From contig NC_092675.1 in the NCBI RefSeq assembly GCF_964355755.1, positions 22,478,912 through 22,542,911 on the forward strand: 64,000 nt of DNA, in the 5' to 3' direction. This stretch comes from Antedon mediterranea. Lineage: Eukaryota > Animalia > Echinodermata. The notes beneath the pieces are model-generated. The model saw only the letters and a list, made by a program, of their open reading frames with translations, was not told the origin of the DNA and did not search any database. Shown in pieces: positions 41,591 through 54,700 of this stretch (positions within the stretch are counted from its first letter, which is position 1; every line of letters begins with the position of its first letter). The position numbers and the translations under genes were made by a program.

Positions 41591-41884
41591 TCTGCAGATT
41601 GGATATTACGCTCCTCTACTATCTGCTATATACAATAGTATGTTGTTTTGTAGAGCACTCTTCAGTTCGAAACGGTGCATTTTTGTTGTGAATACTATTA
41701 GCATTTTGCAAAGCACGCTCGTTGAGCTTGTGCACTCTTTGTGTTCATAATCAGTGTACCATGTCCCGCATACCTGGCTCAGCCTATATATTGTGCCAGT
41801 TCTGCGGTACATTTCATTTCGAAATCTGAGCTGCACTGACGAGATCTAATAAGATCGAAACAGTACTGTCTGCAGTTTGGATAT
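41591..41884 (+). mobile_element. Retrozyme-like or Penelope pLTR-like monomer (278-bp period)
   Basis: Begins TCTGCAGATTGGATAT (41591-41606), which repeats as TCTGCAGTTTGGATAT (41869-41884) across the hammerhead cleavage site. Confidence 0.6.
41831..41875 (+). ncRNA. Minimal type I hammerhead ribozyme
   Basis: CTGCA-CTGACGA-GATCT-AATA-AGATC-GAAA-CAGTACTG-TC^TGCAG; predicted cleavage after C41870. Confidence 0.88.
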
Positions 41885-42998
41885 ATATAATATAGGTAAT
41901 TATAATTATAATAGTAATATATAATTCACAAAACAATTGTCTTTAATTGAGGTGTCTATTATAAATACAGTATAAAGGTTTAACTTTGATGAAATTATTG
42001 TTATGAAATGTAATTATTTTAGGCTAAAATCTTTCATATTTTGTGTATTTTTTCTTTTTAAGCCTTATTCATGTTGTTCATACTGCTATTTAAAAAAGTC
42101 TCTTTTTAACTTCATCGCGAAAGGTTTCTGGAAGTTTTAGACCAGTCTTTCTGTCTAGGAGAACATAAAATAATACAGTATATATAAAACATTATCCAAG
42201 TCGATCAAATGTCTAGGTAAAAAAAACTTTTGCATTTTATACAATATTTATTACACATTAAAAAAGTGATGTATTTTTATGATCAGAAATTAGATAAAAA
42301 TTCAATGAATTGGGTATTTGCAATATTATTTATATTAAAATTGATTATAAATGGAATATTTTGTAGTACAGTATTCATACTAAAATTTGATGAAAATTAT
42401 TTGATGAAATTGTTATACATGTATTGACTTTGTTTTGCACAGTACTTGTAATTAAAATAATGTGATTGTAATTGGGATGTTTGACTTTTTACTCTTTAAA
42501 TGTGGTGAGTACAGGAGCATGACATTGCGCGAGGAAGATACATTTTACAATTGTTATCTTATGATACTATTTAGCTACTAGAATAAATTGTTATTAAATA
42601 AAATTAAAATACAAATTGAAAATACTGGTTTCGGCTCTAAGAATGTGTATTTCTAACAGGCACTTACGGCGCGCCATACATAATTATTTGGCAAACCGGC
42701 CCTCAACGTGCAAGAAGAGTCGTGTTTGTTGTGTATGATGATGTATGTCGCGCGCGGGGATTCAGCGACGATTTAAACTAAAATGTAGGCCTAGCCGGAG
42801 AAGGAAGTCACAAGTGTATATTGTTTTTTATAATTATACAGGTAAACCGCTAGACATAATTATGAGGGATAAAAGCGTAAGTGATCAAAATGAAATAATG
42901 GTTTATTAAACTTGTAATCTATTATATTTTAGGGGCTAGGCCTAGCTAGAGTAGGCCTACTACTACAGACACTAGTTAGGCCTAGCCCTACCTACTAG

Positions 42999-45900
42999 GG
43001 ATGCTAGTCAAGTCGCCCCATCGCAAAGTCGCCCCATCGCAAAGTCGCCCCATACAAAGTCGCCCCATACACAGTCGCCCCATCGCAAAGTCGCCCCAAA
43101 ACAAAGTCGCCCTGACACAGTCGCCCCATTGCAAAGTCGCTCCATCGCAAAGTCGCCCCAACGCAAAGTCGCCCCATCGCAAAGTCGCCCCAACACAAAG
43201 TCGCCCCATCGCAAAGTCGCCCCAAAACGTTAAAAAATAGTTTAAAAGTGCGTAAAATGTCGCAATGATAAACAAAATAACACGGAACGTGTAGGCATAA
43301 AAGGGGAAGCCCCGCCATGTAGTCTCAGGTCACACGATCGGCACGCTCTCCAATCATCAGAGAGGAAGCCCCCAACTAATCACTCCGCGGTCGCACTAAC
43401 GTGCTAGCTCTCACCATGGATTAAAGAATAGAAGGATATGCATCGACGGTGACATCAAACGATTTTACAACGCGCTTGCCTATACTAAAGCACTGCTGCC
43501 AATCAAACAAACACGTTCATTGAACTCCGTGTCTCTAACCGCGGCCCTCTGTAAAACGCTGCGAATCAACTGTTACATTTTTTGAGACCAAAACGTAACC
43601 ATGTAGAAATCGTATGCGCAGTCTGAATGTTCTATTGACATGTCTGCGTCGATGATTAATTGATAACAAACATATATTGCTGAATAATTCTGTTTTAGTT
43701 TCATCACAATCGGACTACGAAAAGTTCACTTTCTTACGACTGGTAATTTTAGGTAGTTGGTAATATTAATAAAATATGCCATTTTTATATTTGAATTATC
43801 ATTATTTGCCTGCCATCTTCTGTCATTAAAAATTGCGTTAATCTATAGAATATTAAATTATGCATTTGACCATGTATGTTGTTAGCGTGGCCGGTGTTCA
43901 GACATACAACAATCGTGTTTTTTAATATATGGCTAAGCAGTGGTTTCTTCATAAATCTCCTTAATTATCGATGTGATTATATTTAAACTGTAGTGCCTGG
44001 TGATTGGCTAGTGGTTATGTCATCCACATCACATCCAATCACCGGGCCTAATTGAATGAAAACAGCGATCCCTGATCCGGGATTGGCTGGCTATGTATAG
44101 TTGCGATTCGTTACCTAGCGGTCGTTTTGAAAAGTACACGCAGGGCAAACTTGATCACGAACAAACGAAGTAGGCCTACCTATTATTATTATTCACACAA
44201 GAAGTAAGACAACGGTGAGTATTTAAGATTAGCCTAGGCCTACCTAGGCAGTATCAATGTCGGCAAATCATAGGGTTTACTAGCCCAGTTTAGCCTAGTT
44301 AGTACAAGGCCTGGGCCTAGCTAGGCTAGCATTCTTGCTGATTTTGTAATTTTACAACAAATGAGACAACTAATAGTTATTGTCTCAGATGTAGGGCTAC
44401 TACAGGTCATAAAATGCTACTTTAATCATCATAAAAAAATCATTAGCGTAGATCAATCGCGGCAGAAACCAACATAGTCAATAGTTGACCATCTACAAAC
44501 ATCATGCCACCAAAGAACGCGCGAAAGAAGCGTAGTAGCCAACAAGGTTAAATGTCGTTGCACATGTGCAGTAAACAATATATTAGGCACGCGACCGTTT
44601 CGTTGTTACCATGCGGTTAATTAAACTGTAACATTGTGGGCGGTCCGCGGTCTGTCGGCGAGAGTCAAGGAACCCTTGATCTCACGTCGATGCATATCCT
44701 TCTATTCTTTAATCCATGCTCTCACCAGAGAGAAACCCCCGTAATTACTCCGCCGTTGTCGCACTACAACGCACCATCTGAAGATGGGGAAACCCCGTCG
44801 GAGTTTTACGATGATATCAGTCGCGTTCGAAATCGGTGGCGTTTAATTTTGGTCGCGATAAAATGATGTTATACGATCTAGATTATTTTTACTTTGGTCG
44901 ATGAATATTTATTATTATTAGGCCTATATTAATAATTGATTTTTGTTTTTATTTTACACTGAGGTCTATGATGAGAGAAAGATGTGTGCCTTAAAAATGA
45001 CAATTTGTAAACATAGTTTAAGATTATAGTATAAAGCCTATTATTCAGCATAATGTCATTTAACAGTACATAAATTTAAATGTGAAATATTTTATAGGGA
45101 ACGTAGGCTACGTCTGTGTCTTTTATTTTTTGTATGCAACAAATTAGGTAAAACAATTTATTTATAAACATTCAGTTTACTATTATATACATAGTATTAC
45201 AATGAACATTGATTATAAGCCTGGAAATGCAATCTCATCATTATATCCATTATAAAATTGCATCATATCGCCACTATTATTATGTCGTAAATGATGACGT
45301 GCATGTGTGTATTCGTCGTACGTCCGTGTACGTATTATTCCGTGCCTCTTCACTGCACTGTCTTGTTTATTAAAATTAAATAAACACCCGATATGAGGAT
45401 ATTTATTAGGCATGATAATTAGAATGTTCTATAACCAAAAGGGTTGAAAAGAATTTCTTCAGTAAAATGATCATTCTGCTGTTGAATAAAAAGCGACTCG
45501 CAATCTGAAACATTCTCTGAAACCAATCGGAGCTGCTCCTTCTGGTATCTGTTTCCTTCTCACAGCTGCTACGTCTTTCTGCTGCCCGTCGGGGATTCCC
45601 CTTTTTAAAAAACACGCACACGATAATCATACTGTACGATGGTTTTTCCATGGTCAAAATGTAGCGTTTTAATTTTACTAAAATACCTGCATGTGTAAAA
45701 CGATCATATCGGCGAAGAAATCCCCTTTTTTTTATTTCTTCATTTTGAAAAGTCATAATTAAAATTAAATAACTATAGACACATAACTTGTCAATAAATG
45801 CAAAATGATCAATAAGTAGCCTATATAACATTTATTGTCTTACAACGCTGTTATTGTTTTAACTACTGTAAATATACGAAGGCCTACTATTTATACACTT

Positions 45901-46437
45901 ATTATATTATCCTAAAAAATTAGCTGGTATCCACGCGTAGGTTGAAGAAAGATTCGTAATTGTGGCTCTGGTAACTAATTTTAAAATCATATTAAATTAA
46001 CATTTTCGAAACTATAAATCAGGGATAATCTTTTCGAAATCTTTTTAGAACTTTCAAACAAGGGACTATTTTTTAATGATTTTTAAAAAGCACATCACTC
46101 CATTAAAACCTGTAAAATAAAAATTAAAACAAAAATTATGTATATAATAGGATAAACATTATAATGTATACGACATTTAGCGCGACCAAAGTAACAACGC
46201 AATCGATATCAAACGCAACCGCTATATGATTAAAACAGCGTACTACTAGCGGCGGCACTTCCGAAATAAAACCGTGGGCGACTTTGCGATGGGGCGACTT
46301 TGCGTTGGGGCGACTTTGCGATGGGGCGACTTTGCGATGGGGCGAGTTTGTAATGGGGCGACTTTGCGATGGGGCGACTTTGTATTGGGCGACTTTGTAT
46401 GGGGCGACTTTGCGATGGGGCGACTTGACTGGATCCC
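42999..46437. mobile_element. 3.4-kb non-autonomous foldback-type DNA transposon with modular TIRs
   Basis: Inverted arrays of the 16-bp unit AAAGTCGCCCCATCGC (43010-43226 versus 46275-46427), termini GGATGCTAGTCAAG / CTTGACTGGATCCC, 8-bp TSD CCTACTAG (42991-42998 and 46438-46445); no recognisable transposase. Confidence 0.88.
43415..44718 (+). mobile_element. Nested non-autonomous P-element-like transposon (1304 bp)
   Basis: Perfect 34-bp TIR CATGGATTAAAGAATAGAAGGATATGCATCGACG, CATG termini, 7-bp TSD CTCTCAC (43408-43414 and 44719-44725). Confidence 0.85.
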
Positions 46438-47019
46438 CCTACTAGCTAGGCCTGCTAGGCCTAGCCTAGGAAGGCTAGTTTGACAAGGCAAGAGATGGCC
46501 TACTAGCGTGCGTAGGCCTAGAGGGCCTAACTAGGCTACTTAGACCTTCCTGTAGCTAGGCCTAGGTTAGAGAGAGAGTAAGCTAGTGCCTACCTAGGCA
46601 GGTTAATAATAATTAAAAACGCCCTGCTGCTGGAATTCTGACTGTCTGACTAGGCTGGTGTACATCGTGTTCTAGGCACAGCAGGCTGAGGCTAGGCCCC
46701 TACTAGCCTACTGACTACACAAATGTATTATGACTTATTATGTAATGTATAACTAATTAAATAGAATTGGCTTTCTTTTTGGTCTAGTTCTAGTAGCTAG
46801 CTCGGTAGGCTAGAGTAGTGACCCTCTATTGGTAGTGGTAGGCCTACTACTGTAGACTGTAGTAGGTAGACAAAAAATCTTTCAACTCATTAAAATATTT
46901 TCTCAATTCTGAATCCAACCTCATCATAAATATTTTATTATCAAATACATACTAATACTATTACTAATTTATTTTTAATTTGACTATATTGATTATGTTT
47001 TCAAAGTGAAAAGATAACA

Positions 47020-50000
47020 ATGCAAGGTAGAAGAAATAGTTCATCAGTGATTGGTAAGGCCCAGGAGCTACTCAAACAATCTAGACGCTTTAGTCATGTA
47101 CCGACAGCTACAACCAAAACAAAGGCCAGTACCGATGGTGGATCTGAGCTTGATGTGAGTTTATTACTACGGTTGAGGAGGATTACAAAGCCATTGCTAA
47201 AGCTCAATGTAAACTGTAGAAATTTCATTGCTTTGAAACAAGTATTTCTTGTGCAAAATTTGAATTTTAAACAATAAGATAAAATGCATTATTGTGTAAT
47301 AAATAAATATTCTTGAAAATAAGTCACATATTCATTCTGAACATATAATATAATAGGATGTTAAGAACTCATTGTACTAAGCCTTGGCATTATGTGGTAG
47401 GTTGTCCAGTTCATTTCCATGCGGCCTTATCCTCCCTAGTATTTCAATCAGGTACTTATTTACAGCTGAGTTGACTGGGAGTTGTTCTTATAGGGAACCC
47501 AGTTCTTTCTGTATGAACGTCAAGTGTCTTTACCACATTCACGTTTTATTTTAACAATTTATGGTTTTATTTAGGCATATTTATCCCAACTATCCATGAA
47601 AACATCCGGAACACAAGTTAAAAAATCAAAAGTCGAAGGCCTGAGTGATATCAGCTTAACCACTGATGAAGAAGATGACCCACAGCCGGTCTTGCAGAAT
47701 AGATTTGTTAAGAAGAGCCTTAGTCAGACCTTAGTAAACACTAAGAACACTGGGTCTTCTAAACAGCCTACATCAGAAAATCTAAATAAAACACTACCCA
47801 ACTACAGTTCATCAGCGTTACATAAGGCTGCAGCTTTTAATGCTAAGTATGGCACAAAGAAAAAGTCCGCAATTAAAACATTGGAGAAGGATAAGAGTAC
47901 AATTATTAATTCAACTGACAGTGATGATAATGTAAGTAATTTTTTACATTTTAACATGTTTCTAATGACTCTGGTGACACTGACATTATTGGATCAAACT
48001 TGGGAGTTGGATCCAGGATTTTAAAAAAGGGGTGTAGGGCAAAAAATGCTGAATTTAACCTGGTGTCCTATCTTATTTACTGGGGGCCTGGGCTGTCTCC
48101 CCTTAAATCCAGTTATGAGTTAGTCTAATATACCCTCAACATATATATACTTTTTCTAACCTTAGGATGTGTTTAGATACCTATATAGTAGATAGACAAT
48201 TTTTTTAAGTAACAATGAGAATAATAGTCAATTGTTATTATATATTAGATTGAAGAGCAGAATTTAAGGGAACCAGCTGAAGAAATTAAACCTGTTAAAA
48301 AATTAGCAAAAAAGAAGTACCTGGAGAAAGACAAAGTTAGGTCATCAACACCTAAGAAGAAAGACAACAAGTCATCTTTTCATTCTATCAGAAATTTTAA
48401 TGATAGTGATGATGAAATGCAAGCATTTATCATGAACTTATCACCTGTGACCTCACCTGATATCCCACCCATCAGAAAGAAGCAGGCACTAAAACCAAAG
48501 GATGTACCAAATAAGGTTAGCAGTTTAATGTTTGTCTGTATACAAAATGTCTCAAAAGGTTCTGACCAAACTTTCATTAATAAATTATTATTAGAAATCA
48601 AATATAATATGTTATTATGTATTTCTTTCTGCAGGTTAAAGAAAATGTTGATGTAAATAAAAGCTTTTTAAGGGACAAGAAAGGTAAAGACTATACATTT
48701 TTAAATAATGTTTAATAGTAGTACAGTAGTATAAATAGATTGATAGTTCGAGATGCTTTTTGAATTATTGGAATAGCTCATCAAATCGAAAAAAATGCAC
48801 TTTGGCAGGCAGAAGATTTCTTAAATTAAATGAATAGAATGCAAACTAAAAACAGATTATTCTATATATACTTGTACTGTATTATTATTATATTACTTAT
48901 TTCTTTTACTGAAAAACGTATTTTAATTAAGCACTGCACTTTCAGTGAATGTTTAAATATTATCTATTTTCATAATGTTATTTCAGATAGTGTTAAGAGA
49001 GAAAAGGTGATGGAAAAAGCACCAAGAGAAATAGTAAAAGAGTTATCTTCTTTGTCGTTGGCCTCTAGCATTCACACAATTGAGGATGATGACATGATAG
49101 AGGAGATTAAGACCGAAAGATCTGTACCAAGTCTTAACAAGTTCGCTTATCAGACGATTGATGATCTTCAGCTACCATCAGTTGAAGAGTTTAATACGCC
49201 ATGTAAAAATAATTATGAAAGTGATTTCGAAACTGAAGCAACCGATAAGACTATCTCTGAAATAAAAACTGAAGATGCTGATAGCATAGAGGAATTAGTA
49301 GATACGTATACTGACTCTGTAAAAGAAAGAAAAAGCTATTTATCTGAATCAATATCGTCATCTATTGGTACGCAAACACCTGACAAATCAAAAAGAAAAT
49401 CAGAGAAATCTGAAAATAGAACTAAGGAGCAAGGAAGCTATGGTTACACAGAGGACTTTGATAGTTACTCAAAGCATAGTGGAACCGACTCAGAGGTAGA
49501 AGAGCTTCCAAATGATTCAGCGAGATCAGAGATTTACACCCGTAGTTATACTTCATACTCTGAAACAAGGACTTTAACGGTTACACCAAGAAAGATGAGG
49601 AGGAGTCAACCCAGAAATCCAGGTATTGATGTTGGAACACAAGTAGCCGAGGGAGATATACGCCACCAACGAAATGCTGGTAAGATTAGTTTTTAACTAC
49701 ACTTTTTTGTATTGTTTGACTTTGGCTATCAGCTGAATTGACCATAAAAAATATGTCTATAAATAAGAAATTCAGTATAATAAATGGGGCTTTAACAGAC
49801 AGTGCTCATTCACTAAATTATTATATCAATTTAATCACATCAAGCCAAATAATAATCATTGTCCAAAAATAGAGAAGTATTCCCCTAATATTTGAATGAG
49901 GCTGTCTCTTCTTTGCAGTCCAATATAATTTTGTCAATTTCAGCTATCCAACCTCAACTTAACACATACCGTATCCATCCAGTATTTCTGTGAGCATGTC

Positions 50001-51219
50001 AATGTCTATTTTAACATATTGAACAGTAGAGCTATGATTTTCAGTTAGTATTTGATAAAATGTTTGATTTGGTTATATATAGTGTTTATATTTTTATATT
50101 ATAGTTTGTGTTATCTATTTTTTTATATAGATTCTGAAATCCCAGGCCTCGCCCCGTCAATAGTTGCTGGATTCATGGAACCAAAACTGGTTACAAGCCA
50201 TGTCATTTCAACAGAGGCCTTAGAAGGTATGTTAGTGAAGCATTTATATTGTATACTCTGTAGTGAAATAGGGCAAAGAGACAGAGATCTTTTTATTAGC
50301 ATAGGCATACCCAGCACAAGATACCCACATCTTCTCGGTATTATGCCTTCCTCCATAGCCTCTTTTCTTTTGTCCATCCAACAATCATCAATATCCATAT
50401 TTTTTTAACCTTATCATTTCTGTATACTATTTTGTATTGTTTTGCTATGGTGGAAACTAAATGTCTTTTGAAATGAAATGAAGGAGGAGAGAGTGAGATG
50501 ATAAGTAACGGTAAAGAACCAAACTTCAAATCTTGCCTTTGTTGTTAGCAAAGATTAATAATCAATGAAAAACTCTATAATGAGACAGAGCAGAATATCA
50601 CCTCTTTGTTTTATTATTTTGATACAGCACTTACTGGTTACAGTCCAAGCATTCTTGCAATGAATGACCTTTTGAGGGCACAGCTAATTGGAGCACAGTC
50701 AGCTGTACAGCATATGCAGTATTCCCACCAGCAGTTAGTTGATTCAATCTCACAAGATTATCAGTATACAACACTTGAACAGACCAAACAGGTAAGAAAT
50801 CAATTTAGAGCTTGGTTCTCACTTGGACGCAAGTAATCTGACCAATCACAATTGATGGATTATTTAAGCCTTTGTGTGTTATTGGTCAACTCGCTTGTGT
50901 TGTGCTTACCTCTTTGTGTTGCGTCCTAGTGGGAACCAAGTGTACTTGTAAGATGTAACTAATCATTGAGTTTTGTTATTTTTATTAGTATTGTCAAACA
51001 TACTTGAACATCAATATCATATATACATATCAATATGATTAGCAGTAATAACAACATAATCTTTATTGCATTATATTCAGCCTTACCTACTAAATTCACC
51101 TGAGTTGTAAATAAACTAATTTCTTTTTACAGTATATTAAAATGCATAAGAAATCCAGGCTCACGATGGAAGACGCCCTTAAACAAGTAAAGGAAGAGAT
51201 GGATGAAGGGTATAGGTAG
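47020..51219 (+). CDS. C19orf44: C19orf44 homologue (C-terminal DUF4614)
   Basis: Exons 47020-47154, 47575-47931, 48249-48515, 48635-48683, 48987-49679, 50131-50226, 50628-50791, 51133-51219 join in phase. Long S/E/K-rich region, then VTSHVISTEALEALTGYSPSILAMNDLL...YQYTTLEQTKQYIKMHKKSRLTMEDALKQVKEE. Confidence 0.88.
47390..47540 (-). mobile_element. Degraded tRNA-derived SINE fragment (CORE-like)
   Basis: Reverse complement contains GTGGTAAAGACACTTGAC (tRNA-like head) and CCAGTCAACTCAGCTGTAAATAAGTACCTG. Confidence 0.45.
50811..50940. mobile_element. MITE family B copy, in the last intron of C19orf44
   Basis: CTTGGTTCTCACTTGGACGCAA ... TTGCGTCCTAGTGGGAACCAAG. Confidence 0.75.
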
Positions 51220-51797
51220 CATTAAGGAAATGCCAAGGGCTTAGCAGTATGTACCCTTTGTTTGTCAGTTAACATTCTATCGATGATATTAATTTGATAT
51301 ACATAATTTTTTTGAACAATTCATTGTTTCAGACTCGCAATGTCCATGTCGGTAATGCATGTATTACCATTCATAAAAGTATATATACAGTACATTGCAG
51401 ATTTAGAGTAAATAAAGTTCCTGCATAAAGCAACCAATCATCACAACAGATACATACCTCATGCTGTATGGAGACTGCTTAGTGGAAAATATAAATGTTA
51501 AACTTAATTGCACATAAAATATAGACAGTTATGTTACAGTGCAAAGTCCTGATGATCTCCATCCTTTAAACATAACTCTATGTGTATATATAAACACCAC
51601 TGGCACAGAACAGATTCTAAACTGCCTGGTGATATACTGAAAATTTACTAATATTATATATATATATATCAATGCCTTCTCTCCACATAGAGAATATGGT
51701 CTAGAGAGTATAGTGTATACTGAAGTAAACACCTTCTCCCTCCCCTCAATCCAACCCTACCAGTTGAAGTAGAAACAATTTTAGAAACCATTTTTCA

Positions 51798-54700
51798 TTA
51801 TTGACATTTACCAATGTGTAACTTCAGAACACCATTCATGTGCATTTGCCAGAGTATCTGAAACTCTGATGTCATATTGTGCTTCTTGGCCCATGGAAGG
51901 TGCTCATAATAATGATATTGTACGTCATGTGTCTCTGGGTAGTATTGTTTATTAAATGGCCAGAAACCAAATAAATGAACTTCATTGCACAGATCCAAAG
52001 CTGTTGTTGTTAAATAGAATCCTATAAAAAAAATGTTAAAAAATTATACAAAATTAAATAATACGATTTTAAATGATATTAAGTTAAGTTGGTTGTCCAT
52101 GCGTAATTTTTTAGCCTCTAGTTTTTCTAGACAATTTATATTTTCTTGTACAAAAATTGTTTGCTTTGTGTTTGGGAATATCGGATTCAACATAGACCAG
52201 AGAGTGATGGTGTAATAATACATCGTACTAGCATGTGATTGAGTTCGAACCTGTTTGTGCCTTTGTATCCTTATGCATGATGCCTTACTCATTGCCTCGT
52301 TCTTCGGACAACAAGAGGCGGTTCCATGTGTAATAAAATAATTTACCTGTTGATGGCCATGTCTGTAAACCTTGTTTTGTCCAAAACCTCCAGATAGCTT
52401 TAAAGTGTTCTGGATGACCAAACACAAGTTTTGAATTTGACGTCCGATGGTGATAAAAGGCCCTAAAAACTGTTTTTGTCCAATAATTATCACCAAAGGC
52501 AGGTATCCATATTAAACCTTTATACTTGGAAGTATCTTCACGAAAATCACTTATATTTTGCTGCCTATCAAATGTATTATACCTAAAAACAATTATATAT
52601 TTATCAAGAACTGAAATTGATACAAAAAAACACTGACTTTTATTCAAATGCGATTGAAAATATCAAAAAAGAAAAGACAAGATAATTCCAACAATTCAAA
52701 TAGTTACATGGAACTAAGAAAATGTGAGTAATGTAAGACAGTGGAACCGTAATCCATAGCCATAACATCGGCAAGGGTTCGAGGCTCACTCGCTCAATGG
52801 TTCCGGTGGTTGAACAAAGTCTTCTCTATAAACCGTAGGTCCAGTGTATGCATATTGCTCGTGTGCACTTTAAAGAACCTAGTACATCTTTCGAGACGAG
52901 TAGGGCGTTCCCCGGTGTACTAATTCACACACACTTTCATGGACAGATGTAATGGTGCCGTAGTTGGCTGCCAATGACACGATGTAACCCTTAGGGGAGA
53001 AGAATGTTGTTGAGATAAGTCCACAGCGCTCTAATCTTCATGAAATAGCGCTAAATGAATGTCACATTATATTACAAAATGTCATTAAAGCATTTGAGAA
53101 ATCTTTAAATGTGAAATCCTTACCTGTTTTTCAGTAGACTTGGATTCATGGTGGTGAAATGCATCTGGTATCCTGCATCATTTCCAAACTGTTTTACTGG
53201 AGCCATGTTACACCTAATAAGTAAATACAATGTTTATTTGTATTGTTTGACAGTTTGCATGGCGAAATCAAATGTTGATATAAAGTTTGCGGTACACCAC
53301 GTATATTAGTTCTGAAAAGAACTGTTGAGTTTCTCAATGCTTTTCTCACTCCTGAGGACGATCAAAGCATATTGATGAAACGTCTAGAACTAATATACGT
53401 GGTGTACTGCAAACTTTATATCAACAATATTTATTTATTTTACAATAATTATAAGTTGTTTTCTTATATTATATATTAATAAACAATGAAAGCACAATTT
53501 GTTTTTACAATATTTAAGTTATTAAATATGATTTAATAATTATATAATTATTCCAAAAATTAAATGAATTAATGTAAATTCAGTAGCATTGCCAGTAGTA
53601 CTGTCCGTAATAGCAACACAAAATACAAACATACACAGAAGATACTCTACATAACAAAGGATTTGGATGATGTTTTGTGGACAAAACTTTTGATAAATCC
53701 TACAAGGTATTGCGCCCTCTACATCGTCACCAGTTTTGGTTCGTTATTATAATTTGTTGCAGAAAAAAACTCCCTGGATGCAGCATATGATATTTACAGT
53801 GTATTCTTTGTGAAGCTGGGAAACAACCTGTACTGACTACAATTCAACTACTGCTAATTGTGAATGTTGAATGTGTTATACTTTATAACAAAATATAGTA
53901 TAGTTGGCGTTTGTTTTACAATAAAAAAATAAATACGATACCTAAATACGTAATCACTTTTATCTATTTCTGAACCACATTTACTGTCTTGCAAAATACC
54001 ACTGTTACCAATTACACTGCATCGTTTGAAATGTTTCCCCACTAACGGTGACCTCTGAAAAAAATAAGAAGAATTTTGTGACATTTTTAGAAAATTGTAG
54101 GCCTAGCTGTTGTGGAATTTTAAAAAAATGCGCTCGACTTTTAAGTGAGAAATATGATCGGGTAATGTACGTTATTATGCGATTAAAAGTTACGTAAACA
54201 CGGTCATTTCTCTATCAGAGTTCTAAATCTTACGGTTTAGCTTCATAATAATAGCTTCTTCTGCGTTTGATCGCAAAAAGTGACCATTTAAACTTACTAG
54301 TTGTACATCTGAATTGGAGTTAACGACACACAGTATGATCATACGAGCCCTTAGGTCGGTTGTATCCCGGACATGACTCGGGTCAGCTTAACTCCGTTTT
54401 ATGCACCCTTAACTCTTTTTTAAAAACCATATTAAATGAGAGGGTGATCCATCCAGCAATTGCTGATCATTAGGGACTGTCAGAGGTTCACAAGACAAAC
54501 ATATACACAAGATGCTCTACATGAACAAAGTCTTATTACAAGTCTTTTAGTGTGGAGTTGTAATTTTGTCCTTAGAAAAAATCCTGACATGTGACGGGAC
54601 TTGAACCAAAGCAAAGGAATTATGTTAAACACTAGAGTGTATTGTATTAACTTACATCTGGTAAAACGTTTAATAATTTTTTATTCACCACGAAAAACTT

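Noticed and set aside
41505-41600. C/D box snoRNA starting at ATGATGA
   Set aside because: No suitably placed CTGA D box or terminal stem
42988-43318. WGDFAMGRL-repeat proteins (also 46246-46491)
   Set aside because: Translations of the 16-bp TIR modules of a transposon
45406-45831. 141-aa ORF inside the 3.4-kb element as a transposase
   Set aside because: No DDE, zinc-finger or other motif that I can recognise
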